A DNA stretch of 64,000 bases from Verrucomicrobiia bacterium (GCA_036498725.1 DASYEY010000126.1:3089-67088); one strand, 5' to 3'. Shown: positions 43,611 to 52,561, counted from the stretch's first letter. The notes: a model not told the origin generated them from the sequence alone. Translations and numbers: made by a program.

Positions 43611-46600
43611 ATGAAAAAGGGTTTTTCGTGGGCACGTGTTTTCAATTTTGGCACTCAAAAATCGTTTGCTTTATTAGCGTTAGGGCTAGGACTGCTAATC
43701 AGCTTCACTCTCCCCAATGCCGTTGCCCAAACGCCGCCGCTGAGTTTTCAAGGCCGTATCCTGGTCGGCGGCAAATCTTTCAATGGCGCGGGCCAATTCA
43801 AGTTTGCACTGGTAGATAGCACGGGCGCGACCACTTTCTGGAGCAACGACGGCACGAGCACGGCCGGTTCGCAACCGACGGGCTCAGTCTCGCTGACGCT
43901 GACGAACGGGCTGTATGCGATCTTGCTGGGCGACACGACCGTGTCGGGCATGACACAGTCAATCAGCGCGGATATCTTCACGAACAGCGATGTGCGGTTG
44001 CGGGTATGGTTCAACGACGGTACGCACGGATTTGAACAACTGACGCCGGATCAGCGACTGGCGGCTTCGGGTTATGCCTTGATGGCAGGGAGTGTGGCTT
44101 CGGTTTCGGCGCAAAATATCACCGGGGCGATTTCACTGGCACAACTGCCGGTGAGTGTGGTGACGAATGGTGCAGCAGGCGTGAACATTTCCGGCACGTA
44201 CAGCGGCAATGGGGCGGGCGTAACCAATGTGGATCTCCAGACGACTGAGTCACATAGTGCCATCAATTGGGTGCAAAATTGGGGAGCTTTCACATTGGTA
44301 TCTTCGCCGTTCGCTGGTTCTGGTCCAAGTTCGATCACATCGGCCGATGTCAACGGGGATGGGAAACCGGATTTGATCACCGCCGCGGCTGGCAGCAGCC
44401 AGTTGAATGTGCTGACGAATGACGGCTGGGGCGGTTTTGTCTCTGCAGGTGCCTACGCGGTAGGTAATACGCCTGTCTTTGTGACTTCAGCTGACGTGAA
44501 TGGCGATGGCAAACCGGATTTGATCAGTGCTAATTTTCAAGCCAATAGTTTAACGGTATTGACCAATGACGGCAGCGGTGGTTTCGCGGTGTCAGGCACC
44601 TTGACCGTCGGCGATCATCCGTATGCCGTTGCCGCCGCGGATATCAACAATGATGGCAAGGTGGATTTGATCTCGGCTGATCGCTATGCCAATACCTTGA
44701 CGATACTGACGAATGATGGCAGCGGTGGTTTTGCGGTTTCCAGCACATTGGTGGTGGGTGCGCAGTCCTTGTTTGTGCTCGCCGCGGATGTCAACGGCGA
44801 CAGCAAACCTGATTTGATCAGCGTTAACTATGATGATGCGACGTTGATTGTGCTGACCAATAATGGCAGCGGCGGTTTTGTGCCGGCTTCCACCAACGCG
44901 GTTGGTTTTCGTCCGCAGGCAGTCGTGGCTGCGGATGTGAATGGTGATGGCAAGCTGGATTTAATTTCTGCCAACGGCGGTGCCAATACGCTGACGGTGT
45001 TGACCAATGACGGCAGTGGTGGTTTTGCATTGTCCGGGACCTTGCCGGTGGGCAGCCATCCCTATGGAATCACAGTGGCGGATGTCAACGGCGACGGTAA
45101 AATCGATTTGATTTCAGCAAATAACGGTGACAATACACTGACGGTATTGACCAACAATGGCGCCGGTGGTTTTGGCTTGGCGGCTTCGCTCGCTGTGGGC
45201 GCTGGCCCGGTCTCGGTCACAGCTGCTGATATCAATCGTGACGGTCAGGTAGATCTGATCAGTGCCAATCAGAATAACGGCACCCTTTCGGTGCTGACCA
45301 ATACGCTGATTTCAATTAAAGCGACTTTTCAGGGCACTTTCTCCGGTGATGGCGCAAGTGTGAGCAATCTGAACGCTTCGCAAATCTCCAGCGGTACGCT
45401 CGCGCTGGCGCAATTGCCGGCCAATGTAGTGACCAATCATGCCACGGGTGTCACTTTGAGCGGAACCTTCAATGGTGATGCCGGCGGCTTGACGAATTTG
45501 AACGCGTCGCAGATTTCCAGCGGCACGATTGCGTTGGGGCAATTGCCCGCCGGCGTGCTGACGAATGGTGCCAGCGGCGTCAATATCAACGGCACGTTTA
45601 GCGGCAATGGCGCAGGTATCACCAATATGGATCTAACGACTGCCAATGCTTATGGCTCGATCGGCTATGTGCTTCATCGGGGCGTTTTTCAATTTGCGGC
45701 CTCAATTGTGCCGGGCGTTGATACGTATTTCGTCATTTCGGCGGACATCAACGGGGATGGTAAACCGGATGTGATCTCTGTGAGCATTGGCAATAACTCG
45801 TTGATCGTATTGACCAACAATGGCAATGGTGGCTTGGGTCTATTCGCCACGCCAGGCGTGGGCCGCAACCCAAGATCGGTCGTCGCGGCAGATGTTAATG
45901 GTGATGGCAAACTAGATTTAATCAGCGCGAATCAGACCGATTCCACCCTGACGATATTGACCAATGACGGTCTCGGTGGGTTTGCGTTTTCTGCCACCCG
46001 CGCGGTCGGTGCCAGCCCTTTTGGGGTGGCGGCCGCAGATGTAAACGGCGACGGCAAGGTGGATCTGATCAGTGCGAATGCGAATGACTCGACCCTGACA
46101 ATCTTGACCAACAACGGCAGTGGTGTCTTTGTGCTTTCCGCCACCGTTAGCGTGAGTAACAGCCCCGTTTCAGTCGTCGCGGCGGATGTCAACGGCGACG
46201 GTAAGGTGGATTTGATTTCTGCGAATAACGGTGATGCCACGCTGACGGTATTGACGAACAATGGCAGCGGTGGCTTTATGCTTTCCACCACTGTAAACGC
46301 TGGTGTGAACCGATATCCGAATGCGCTCGCGGCGGTAGATGTCAATGCGGATGGTAAAGTGGATTTGATTTCTGCAAACCGTGGTGAAAATTCCCTGACC
46401 GTATTTACGAACAATGGCAACGGCGGTTTCGTATTTTCATCTGCCGTTGGCGTCGGCAACAATCCCGATGGCATTACGGTGGCCGACGTGAACGGGGATG
46501 GGAAGCCGGATTTTGTTGTTGCGAACTTTTATGGCAGTTCACTAACGGTGGTGACCAATGCGGGTAACGGCGGGTTTGCGTTATCTTCCACCATCGGCAC

Positions 46601-49600
46601 GAGCTATTACGCTTATTCGGTCGCGGCGGCGGACCTCAACGGCGATGGCAAGCCGGATTTGATCAGCGCGAATTACGATAGCACACTGGAAATATTCACC
46701 AACACCACAACAGCTGACGCAAGTTTTGCCGGCAGTGGTAGCAGCTTGACCGGCCTGAATGCTTCGCAAATCACCAGCGGCACGCTGGCGCTGGGGCAAT
46801 TGTCTGGAGCGGTGGTGACGAACGGGGCGAGTGGTGTGAGTATCGCTGGTACTTTCACCGGTGATGGCACGATGTTGACGAATATTCCCCTGGCCGGGCT
46901 GGATGCCCGCAGCGGCCTTGTAGTAACGACCAATTTCTATCTATTCAATGCGTCAGCGACGATACCAACGGGACAGGAACCATTTTGGGTCACGGCGGCG
47001 GATGTCAACGGTGACGGTCTGCCCGATTTGATCAGTGCCAATCGTTTTGATGATTCGCTGACGGTGTTCACCAATAATGGCAGCGGCGGGTTTATTCCCG
47101 CTTCCACAAACTTCCTCAATTACGGCGCTGGCCCGGCGTTTGTGCTGGCGACAAATGTGGATAATGTCGGTGGTGTGGACCTGATCAGTGCCAATGAAGA
47201 TGACGGCACGTTGACGGTGTTGACCAATAGCGGCGACGGCACGTTTGGCGTGGCTTCCACGGTCTATGTCGGTGGCAGTCCAGAAGTGATCGCGGCGGCG
47301 GATTTTAATGATGACGGAGTGTTGGATCTGGCGTGTGCCAATTATGCCGATGATTCGCTGGCGATATTTTTTGGCAACGGCGATGGTACATTCACTTTTA
47401 CCAACACCGTTTCATGTGGCAGCGGCCCGGTTTCTGTGGCAGTGATTGATTTGAACGGGGATTCAAGCCTCGATTTGGTCGTGGCCAATTATAATGACAA
47501 CACGCTGGTGGGGCTTACGAATGATGGCACTGGTAATTTTACGGCGGCCTTTGCCAATGAAGTGGGTGAGGGTCCGAGTTCGGTTGTGGTGGGTGATGTG
47601 AATAATGATGGTTTGTCGGATTTGATCAGTGCCATTCAATATGACGGTACCGTAATCGTGTTGACGAATAATGGTGACGGCACATTTACGGCGGCCTCCA
47701 CGAACAACGTCGGGGCGTACCCTTTTTCTGCGACGGTGGCGGATGTGAATGGCGACGGCAACCTGGATGTGATCAGTGCCAATTCCTTCTATCTGGACAA
47801 TACCTTGAGCGTATTGTTGGGCAATGGCGACGGCAGCTTCACGGCGGAAACGGGTTCACCCTACGCGACGGGTTCCGGGCCTTTGACAGTGGCGGTGGCG
47901 GATGTGAATGGTGACAGTCATCTTGATTTGGTCAGCGTCAATGAATACGACAATACGCTCACTGTCCTGACGAATACGGCAGGTGTGCCGGTTTATGTCA
48001 CTCACTTTACGGGTGACGGTTCGGGTTTGACGGGGTTGAATGGCTCGCAGATCACTAGTGGCACGATTCCTGAGACGCGTCTGCCCAACAGCGTGACGGC
48101 TTTGCCCAATCTCCTCCAGATTTATAATTATCTGCCGGCCTATGTTCTGGATCCGGATCTGGCCTTGCGGGATGGCTACCAGACCTTTACCGGCGCAAAT
48201 AATTTTAATAATCCGAACAATACTTTTAATGGCACGTTCACCGGCGATGGAGCGGGTGTGTCGAATGTAAATCTCCTGACGGCTAATTCCGTGGGAGCGA
48301 TCAACTGGGGTACGAATCATCTGACGACATTTACACCGGGTTCCTCGCCCGGCGTAGGCGCAGGACCTCTGGGTCTCGTGACGGCGGACGTGAATGGCGA
48401 TAGCAAAATGGATTTGATCACCGCCAACTCAGGCGATAACACGCTGACGGTGCTAACGAACAATGGGTGTGGCGGGTTTGTGACGTCAGGAACTTATCCG
48501 GTTGGCGATTTTCCTTATTCGGTCACGGCGGCGGATGTGAACAACGATAACAAAGTGGATTTGATCTGCGCGAACAATCTCGGCAACACACTGACAGTAT
48601 TGACGAACGATGGTAGTGGCGGATTTGTGATGTCGGGAACTTATAGTACGGCGGGCAGCGGTCCGATATCGGTCACGGCGGCGGATGTCAACGACGATGG
48701 AGCCAAGGATTTGATTGTCGCTATCTATGCCACCAGCACGGTGCAGGTGCTGACAAATGATGGTTATGGCGGATTTGTGGCGTCCGGAACCTATCATGTG
48801 GGCGCTAATAGCACGTCCAGTCCGAATTATCCGTTTTTTGTCACGACAGCAGATGTGAACGGCGATGGCGAAGTGGATTTGATCACTGCGAACGCAGGTG
48901 ACAACTCGCTGACGGTGCTGACGAACGATGGTAGTGGCGGATTTGTAGAGTCGGGAACTTATCCGGTGAACCTCCAGCCTTGGTCGGTTGCAGCGGCAGA
49001 TGTGAACGGCGATGGCAAGGTGGATTTGATCAGTGCCAACGAATATTATGGATCCAGTTCACTGACGGTGCTGACGAATGATGGCAGCGGCGGGTTTGCG
49101 ACGTCGGAAAATTATTTCGTGCCTGGCAATCCTGCTTCTGTTGTCGCTGCCGATGTCAACGGTGACTGCAAAATGGATTTGATCTGCGCGACCTATGGTG
49201 ACAATACCCTGACGGTGCTCACGAACAATGGGGCCGGCGAATTTGCGATGATGGGAGCTTATTCCGTGGGTGACTCAGATCAGTCGGTGGTTGCGACGGA
49301 TGTCAATGGTGACGGCCGGGTGGATTTGATCAGTGCAAATTATAGCGATAACACGCTAACGGTGCTGTTGAATCAAGTCAGTACCAATTATACGCCATCG
49401 TTTGCCGGAAATTTCACCGGCGATGGCAGCGGGCTGGCCAATCTAAATGCTTCCCAATTGACCGGTGTTATCCCATCAACCACTTTGCCGGCATTGGTGA
49501 TTACGAATGGCGCGAGCGATGTGACTATCACCGGCACGTTCAGCGGCGATGGCAGCGGGTTGACCAATCTTGATTACAATAACATTGCCAATCCTCCGGC

Positions 49601-50585
49601 CATTCCTTCAATCGACGGTTTGGTCACAGCCTCCGTGACGAATGGCTTGGTCACGGCGAGTGTGACAAATGGGCTGGCGTCAATCAGTTATGTCATCGCG
49701 GCGACGAATGGGCTGGTTAAAGCTTCCGTCACCAACGGTTTGGTTACGGCTGCCGTCACGAATGGCCTGGCGTCAACAGCCTATGTCATTGCAGCGACCA
49801 ACGGTTTGGCGACGACCACTTTTGTCACCGCTGGTTTTACGGCCAATAACAACGGGCTGGCGACGAATCTGATGGTCAATACTTTGGCGGCCAGCAATCT
49901 GTTTTTGAGTGGAGCGATGAATGCCCTGGCACAACCGATTTATTTGCGGGGTTCCAATGACGTGAATCACGGTATCGGCTACGCTTCCGCCGCGACGAAC
50001 TTCACGGCCTTAAATCCGCCTGACGGTCCGATGATGTGGGGTTACGGTGGCGGCGCTTTGGGCAGCATGAATGGCGGTGCAAAGTTGGGGTTGGTCTGGA
50101 CGGCGACGGGCGTCGGCATCGGTCTCAACGCCACCAATCCAACGTCGACGTTGCAAGTCAATGGCAATGCCACGGTCAATGGCAACTTGACCAATACCGG
50201 CAGCATGATTGTTGGTGGCAATATTACTACCAGCGGTGGCACCGTTACCGCCAGTTCTGTCCGCATTGGGGCTAATTATGCCCCCAACAGCACCGAAAAC
50301 CTACGCATCGTGCGGGGACATGCCATCTACAGTGGCTCAACTGTTTTAACCGCTGGTGCCGGGTTCTCGGTGACTCGCAGCAGCGTGGGGCAGTATTCAA
50401 TCACGTTCTCGCCCGGTTTCAGTGACACGCCGATGTTGACCATAACGCCTTGGGGCGGATCGCCGACCATGGCAGTAGTGGGCTTCACTCTCTCAACCGG
50501 ACCCTGTCCGGTGAGTTTTTATAACACATCTGGAGTGCTGACTGATCCGACAGCCTTTGATTTCATCGCCGTGGGTACTCCGTGA
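43611..50585 (+). CDS. Giant secreted protein (2,324 aa): tail-fibre-like N-terminal module and stalk motifs carrying 4 x 7 FG-GAP/VCBS propeller blades, with a C-terminal tip domain
   Basis: Signal peptide '...LLISFTLPNAVAQ'. 28 units matching '(A/V)ADVNGDGK(P/V)DLISAN..(D)NTLTVLTN(D/N)GSGGF'. Linker motifs 'TFSGNGAGVTN(V/L/M)(D/N)L' and 'LNASQISSGTLALAQLP'. Confidence 0.85.
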   Translation: MKKGFSWARVFNFGTQKSFALLALGLGLLISFTLPNAVAQTPPLSFQGRILVGGKSFNGAGQFKFALVDSTGATTFWSNDGTSTAGSQPTGSVSLTLTNGLYAILLGDTTVSGMTQSISADIFTNSDVRLRVWFNDGTHGFEQLTPDQRLAASGYALMAGSVASVSAQNITGAISLAQLPVSVVTNGAAGVNISGTYSGNGAGVTNVDLQTTESHSAINWVQNWGAFTLVSSPFAGSGPSSITSADVNGDGKPDLITAAAGSSQLNVLTNDGWGGFVSAGAYAVGNTPVFVTSADVNGDGKPDLISANFQANSLTVLTNDGSGGFAVSGTLTVGDHPYAVAAADINNDGKVDLISADRYANTLTILTNDGSGGFAVSSTLVVGAQSLFVLAADVNGDSKPDLISVNYDDATLIVLTNNGSGGFVPASTNAVGFRPQAVVAADVNGDGKLDLISANGGANTLTVLTNDGSGGFALSGTLPVGSHPYGITVADVNGDGKIDLISANNGDNTLTVLTNNGAGGFGLAASLAVGAGPVSVTAADINRDGQVDLISANQNNGTLSVLTNTLISIKATFQGTFSGDGASVSNLNASQISSGTLALAQLPANVVTNHATGVTLSGTFNGDAGGLTNLNASQISSGTIALGQLPAGVLTNGASGVNINGTFSGNGAGITNMDLTTANAYGSIGYVLHRGVFQFAASIVPGVDTYFVISADINGDGKPDVISVSIGNNSLIVLTNNGNGGLGLFATPGVGRNPRSVVAADVNGDGKLDLISANQTDSTLTILTNDGLGGFAFSATRAVGASPFGVAAADVNGDGKVDLISANANDSTLTILTNNGSGVFVLSATVSVSNSPVSVVAADVNGDGKVDLISANNGDATLTVLTNNGSGGFMLSTTVNAGVNRYPNALAAVDVNADGKVDLISANRGENSLTVFTNNGNGGFVFSSAVGVGNNPDGITVADVNGDGKPDFVVANFYGSSLTVVTNAGNGGFALSSTIGTSYYAYSVAAADLNGDGKPDLISANYDSTLEIFTNTTTADASFAGSGSSLTGLNASQITSGTLALGQLSGAVVTNGASGVSIAGTFTGDGTMLTNIPLAGLDARSGLVVTTNFYLFNASATIPTGQEPFWVTAADVNGDGLPDLISANRFDDSLTVFTNNGSGGFIPASTNFLNYGAGPAFVLATNVDNVGGVDLISANEDDGTLTVLTNSGDGTFGVASTVYVGGSPEVIAAADFNDDGVLDLACANYADDSLAIFFGNGDGTFTFTNTVSCGSGPVSVAVIDLNGDSSLDLVVANYNDNTLVGLTNDGTGNFTAAFANEVGEGPSSVVVGDVNNDGLSDLISAIQYDGTVIVLTNNGDGTFTAASTNNVGAYPFSATVADVNGDGNLDVISANSFYLDNTLSVLLGNGDGSFTAETGSPYATGSGPLTVAVADVNGDSHLDLVSVNEYDNTLTVLTNTAGVPVYVTHFTGDGSGLTGLNGSQITSGTIPETRLPNSVTALPNLLQIYNYLPAYVLDPDLALRDGYQTFTGANNFNNPNNTFNGTFTGDGAGVSNVNLLTANSVGAINWGTNHLTTFTPGSSPGVGAGPLGLVTADVNGDSKMDLITANSGDNTLTVLTNNGCGGFVTSGTYPVGDFPYSVTAADVNNDNKVDLICANNLGNTLTVLTNDGSGGFVMSGTYSTAGSGPISVTAADVNDDGAKDLIVAIYATSTVQVLTNDGYGGFVASGTYHVGANSTSSPNYPFFVTTADVNGDGEVDLITANAGDNSLTVLTNDGSGGFVESGTYPVNLQPWSVAAADVNGDGKVDLISANEYYGSSSLTVLTNDGSGGFATSENYFVPGNPASVVAADVNGDCKMDLICATYGDNTLTVLTNNGAGEFAMMGAYSVGDSDQSVVATDVNGDGRVDLISANYSDNTLTVLLNQVSTNYTPSFAGNFTGDGSGLANLNASQLTGVIPSTTLPALVITNGASDVTITGTFSGDGSGLTNLDYNNIANPPAIPSIDGLVTASVTNGLVTASVTNGLASISYVIAATNGLVKASVTNGLVTAAVTNGLASTAYVIAATNGLATTTFVTAGFTANNNGLATNLMVNTLAASNLFLSGAMNALAQPIYLRGSNDVNHGIGYASAATNFTALNPPDGPMMWGYGGGALGSMNGGAKLGLVWTATGVGIGLNATNPTSTLQVNGNATVNGNLTNTGSMIVGGNITTSGGTVTASSVRIGANYAPNSTENLRIVRGHAIYSGSTVLTAGAGFSVTRSSVGQYSITFSPGFSDTPMLTITPWGGSPTMAVVGFTLSTGPCPVSFYNTSGVLTDPTAFDFIAVGTP
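44320..45303 (+). repeat. FG-GAP propeller block 1 (7 blades; approximate bounds)
   Basis: Seven consecutive ~48-aa units, from 'ITSADVNGDGKPDLITAA' to 'TAADINRDGQVDLISANQNNGTLSVLTNT'. Confidence 0.7.
45711..46706 (+). repeat. FG-GAP propeller block 2 (7 blades; approximate bounds)
   Basis: Seven units, from 'VISADINGDGKPDVISVS' to 'AAADLNGDGKPDLISANYDSTLEIFTNT'. Confidence 0.7.
46966..47977 (+). repeat. FG-GAP propeller block 3 (7 blades, most divergent; approximate bounds)
   Basis: Seven units, from 'VTAADVNGDGLPDLISAN' to 'AVADVNGDSHLDLVSVNEYDNTLTVLTNT'. Several blades end 'GDGTF' instead of 'GSGGF'. Confidence 0.7.
48352..49376 (+). repeat. FG-GAP propeller block 4 (7 blades; approximate bounds)
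   Basis: Seven units, from 'LVTADVNGDSKMDLITAN' to 'VATDVNGDGRVDLISANYSDNTLTVLLNQ'. Confidence 0.7.
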
Positions 50586-50640
50586 GGTGAAAAATGTCCT
50601 GTGCGTTTGCCGGTTTACTGGTATCTAGGCGGCCGCAGGC

Positions 50641-50757
50641 CGCTACAACTTATCGGTCGGGCCAAGTTGCCGCTTGGCCCATTTACCAATGACTCGGGAA
50701 GTTTATTCGTTCTCTGATCTTCTCGTCACGCAGGCGAAGCAGCAGCGTCGCCCTACC
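50641..50757 (+). repeat. ~120-nt structured repeat, family C, copy 2 (downstream of the giant gene)
   Basis: 'CGCTACAA..GGTCGGGCCAAGttgccgCTTGGCCC....GGCGAAGcagcagCGTCGCCCTACC'. Same orientation as copy 1. The hairpin-1 stems are identical while the loops differ. Confidence 0.8.
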
Positions 50758-50814
50758 GGCGGAGGGAGTAATTCAAATTAAGTTACGATCTGCCGTTCTC
50801 CAGAAACGACAGAT

Positions 50815-52191
50815 TTAGACAAATTTCCCCGGATTCAAAATGCCGTGCGGATCGAGCGCGGCTTTGATGGTGCGATGCAGTTCGCGCGAGTTTTCCGAAA
50901 CTGCCAGCGGCCACCAACGTTTCTTGGCGAGGCCGATGCCGTGTTCGCCCGTGATCGCGCCGCCTTCAGCAATGATCCAACGAAACAATTTATCCAGACA
51001 CGCTTCAGAACGTTTCCGGGCACCGGGTTGCGTCAAATCCACCATGACATTCGTATGGATATTGCCATCGCCTGCGTGGCCGAAACAGGCGAGCTGCAGG
51101 CCATGCTTCTTCTGTAACTGCGCGGCGAACTTGAATAGTTGTTCCAATTTTCCGCGCGGCACCACGATGTCCTGGTTCAATTTCGTCAGGCCGGTGTCGC
51201 GCAGTGCGTAGGAAAATTCGCGGCGAATCTGCCAGACGGCTTCGCATTGTTCATTGCCAAAACCGCGTTCCACAAACGACGGCGTTTGGGTGCGGATAAT
51301 TTTTTCCACGGCGGCGATTTCGCTACGCACAGAATTTTCCTGTCCGTCCAGTTCCACGATCAAATGTGCTTTGCAGCCCAGCAAACGTTTGCTCCCGGTG
51401 CGTTTAGCGGCGGCAGCGAGCGTGAATTGATCGGCTAATTCCGCGGCGCACGGCAGAAAGCCGGCGGCGAAAATCGCCTGCAATGCACGCACGGCTGAAT
51501 TCATCGAATCAAAACCGACCGCGAGATTCGCGCGAAACGGAGGGAGCGGAATCAGTTTCAACGTGGCTTCAGTGACGACCCCCAGCAAACCCTCCGAACC
51601 GACGAACAGCCGATGCAGATCAAAACCGGTTTTATTCTTATGCGTGCGTCCGCCGAGACGGCAGATTTTTCCATTGGCCAGCACGACTTCGAGGCCGAGC
51701 ACATAGTCGCGCGTGACGCCGTATTTGAGACAGCGCGGGCCGCCGGCATTGGTGGCGATGTTGCCGCCGAGCGAATTATTCGCGCGGCTGGCCGGGTCGG
51801 GTGGGTAAAAAAGTTTCTGCTTTTCGACCGTCGCCTGAAATTCCGCCGTATTGACGAACGGCTGGACGACGGCGACAAAATCTTGCGCGTTGATCTCGCG
51901 AATCTTATTCATCCGCTCCAACGACAGCGCAATGCCGCCACGCATCGGCACGCAGCCGCCGACGTAACCGTGGCCTGCACCGCGCGGCGTGACGGGGATT
52001 TTATGCTTGTTGGCAAACGCGAGGATTTTCGAGACGGATTGCGTCGAGCGGGGCAGAGCGACGGCCTCGGGTTGATGCGTGGCGAACCATTTATCACCCG
52101 CATATTTTGCGAGCGTGGCCGGTTCGAGGACAATTTCACCGGGCAGCTTTTTTTTGAGCTGCCGTAATGGATTTGAGTTGGAAGACGTCAT
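50815..52191 (-). CDS. FAD-linked oxidase (GlcD / D-lactate dehydrogenase-like)
   Basis: FAD_binding_4 motifs 'PVTPRGAGHGYVGG' and 'LGGNIATNAGGPR'. C-terminal 'FGHAGDGNIHTN' and 'ITGEHGIGLAK'. Confidence 0.8.
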   Translation of the reverse strand: MTSSNSNPLRQLKKKLPGEIVLEPATLAKYAGDKWFATHQPEAVALPRSTQSVSKILAFANKHKIPVTPRGAGHGYVGGCVPMRGGIALSLERMNKIREINAQDFVAVVQPFVNTAEFQATVEKQKLFYPPDPASRANNSLGGNIATNAGGPRCLKYGVTRDYVLGLEVVLANGKICRLGGRTHKNKTGFDLHRLFVGSEGLLGVVTEATLKLIPLPPFRANLAVGFDSMNSAVRALQAIFAAGFLPCAAELADQFTLAAAAKRTGSKRLLGCKAHLIVELDGQENSVRSEIAAVEKIIRTQTPSFVERGFGNEQCEAVWQIRREFSYALRDTGLTKLNQDIVVPRGKLEQLFKFAAQLQKKHGLQLACFGHAGDGNIHTNVMVDLTQPGARKRSEACLDKLFRWIIAEGGAITGEHGIGLAKKRWWPLAVSENSRELHRTIKAALDPHGILNPGKFV

Positions 52192-52271
52192 GAGCCGCTG
52201 CTGATGTTATCAGAACGGGGGCAGCGAGGAAAGCGAGGGTTCAATCGGGTAGTGACTCAATTCAGAATTTC

Positions 52272-52363
52272 CCCCTCTCCTCTCCCAAAGGAGAAGAGGG
52301 TCCATTATTTTTAATTAAAATCTCCTCACCCCCAGCCCTCTCCCAGTTTGGCGGGGCGAGGGA
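52272..52363. repeat. CCCTCTCC/GGAGAGGG-type intergenic hairpin repeat, family E, copy 1
   Basis: 'CCCTCTCCTCTCCcaaaGGAGAAGAGGG' then 'CTCCTCACCCCCAGCCCTCTCCCagtttggcGGGGCGAGGGAG'. A related copy lies at 62414-62448. Confidence 0.55.
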
Positions 52364-52387
52364 GTCAATTGAAATTAGTTACTGTTT

Positions 52388-52561
52388 TCAAATCACATCC
52401 AAGCTGACAATTTCGCCCGGTTCACATTCGGCGATGACTTCGAAGGGGCGGCAGCAGATTTCGCAATCGGTCGTAAAGCGCTGACTGGCGACGCTGGTAT
52501 CCACGGCCAATTCAAATGACTGGCCGCAAAACGGACACGAAATGGTTTCACAGATTTCCAT
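52388..52561 (-). CDS. CPXCG-motif cysteine-rich small protein (57 aa), absent from the ORF track
   Basis: My translation is 'MEICETISCPFCGQSFELAVDTSVASQRFTTDCEICCRPFEVIAECEPGEIVSLDVI'. 'CPFCG' and 'DCEICCRPF' match the CPXCG family pattern. The overlapping 66-aa track ORF (52393-52593) is in another frame. Confidence 0.75.
   Translation of the reverse strand: MEICETISCPFCGQSFELAVDTSVASQRFTTDCEICCRPFEVIAECEPGEIVSLDVI

Noticed and set aside
43611-50585. CRISPR array or diversity-generating retroelement as the explanation for the periodic repeats in the giant ORF
   Set aside because: The ~145-nt periodicity is in-frame protein repeat (FG-GAP blades) within one uninterrupted ORF. There are no identical short direct repeats with unique spacers, no cas genes, and no reverse transcriptase or template-repeat pair anywhere in the window.
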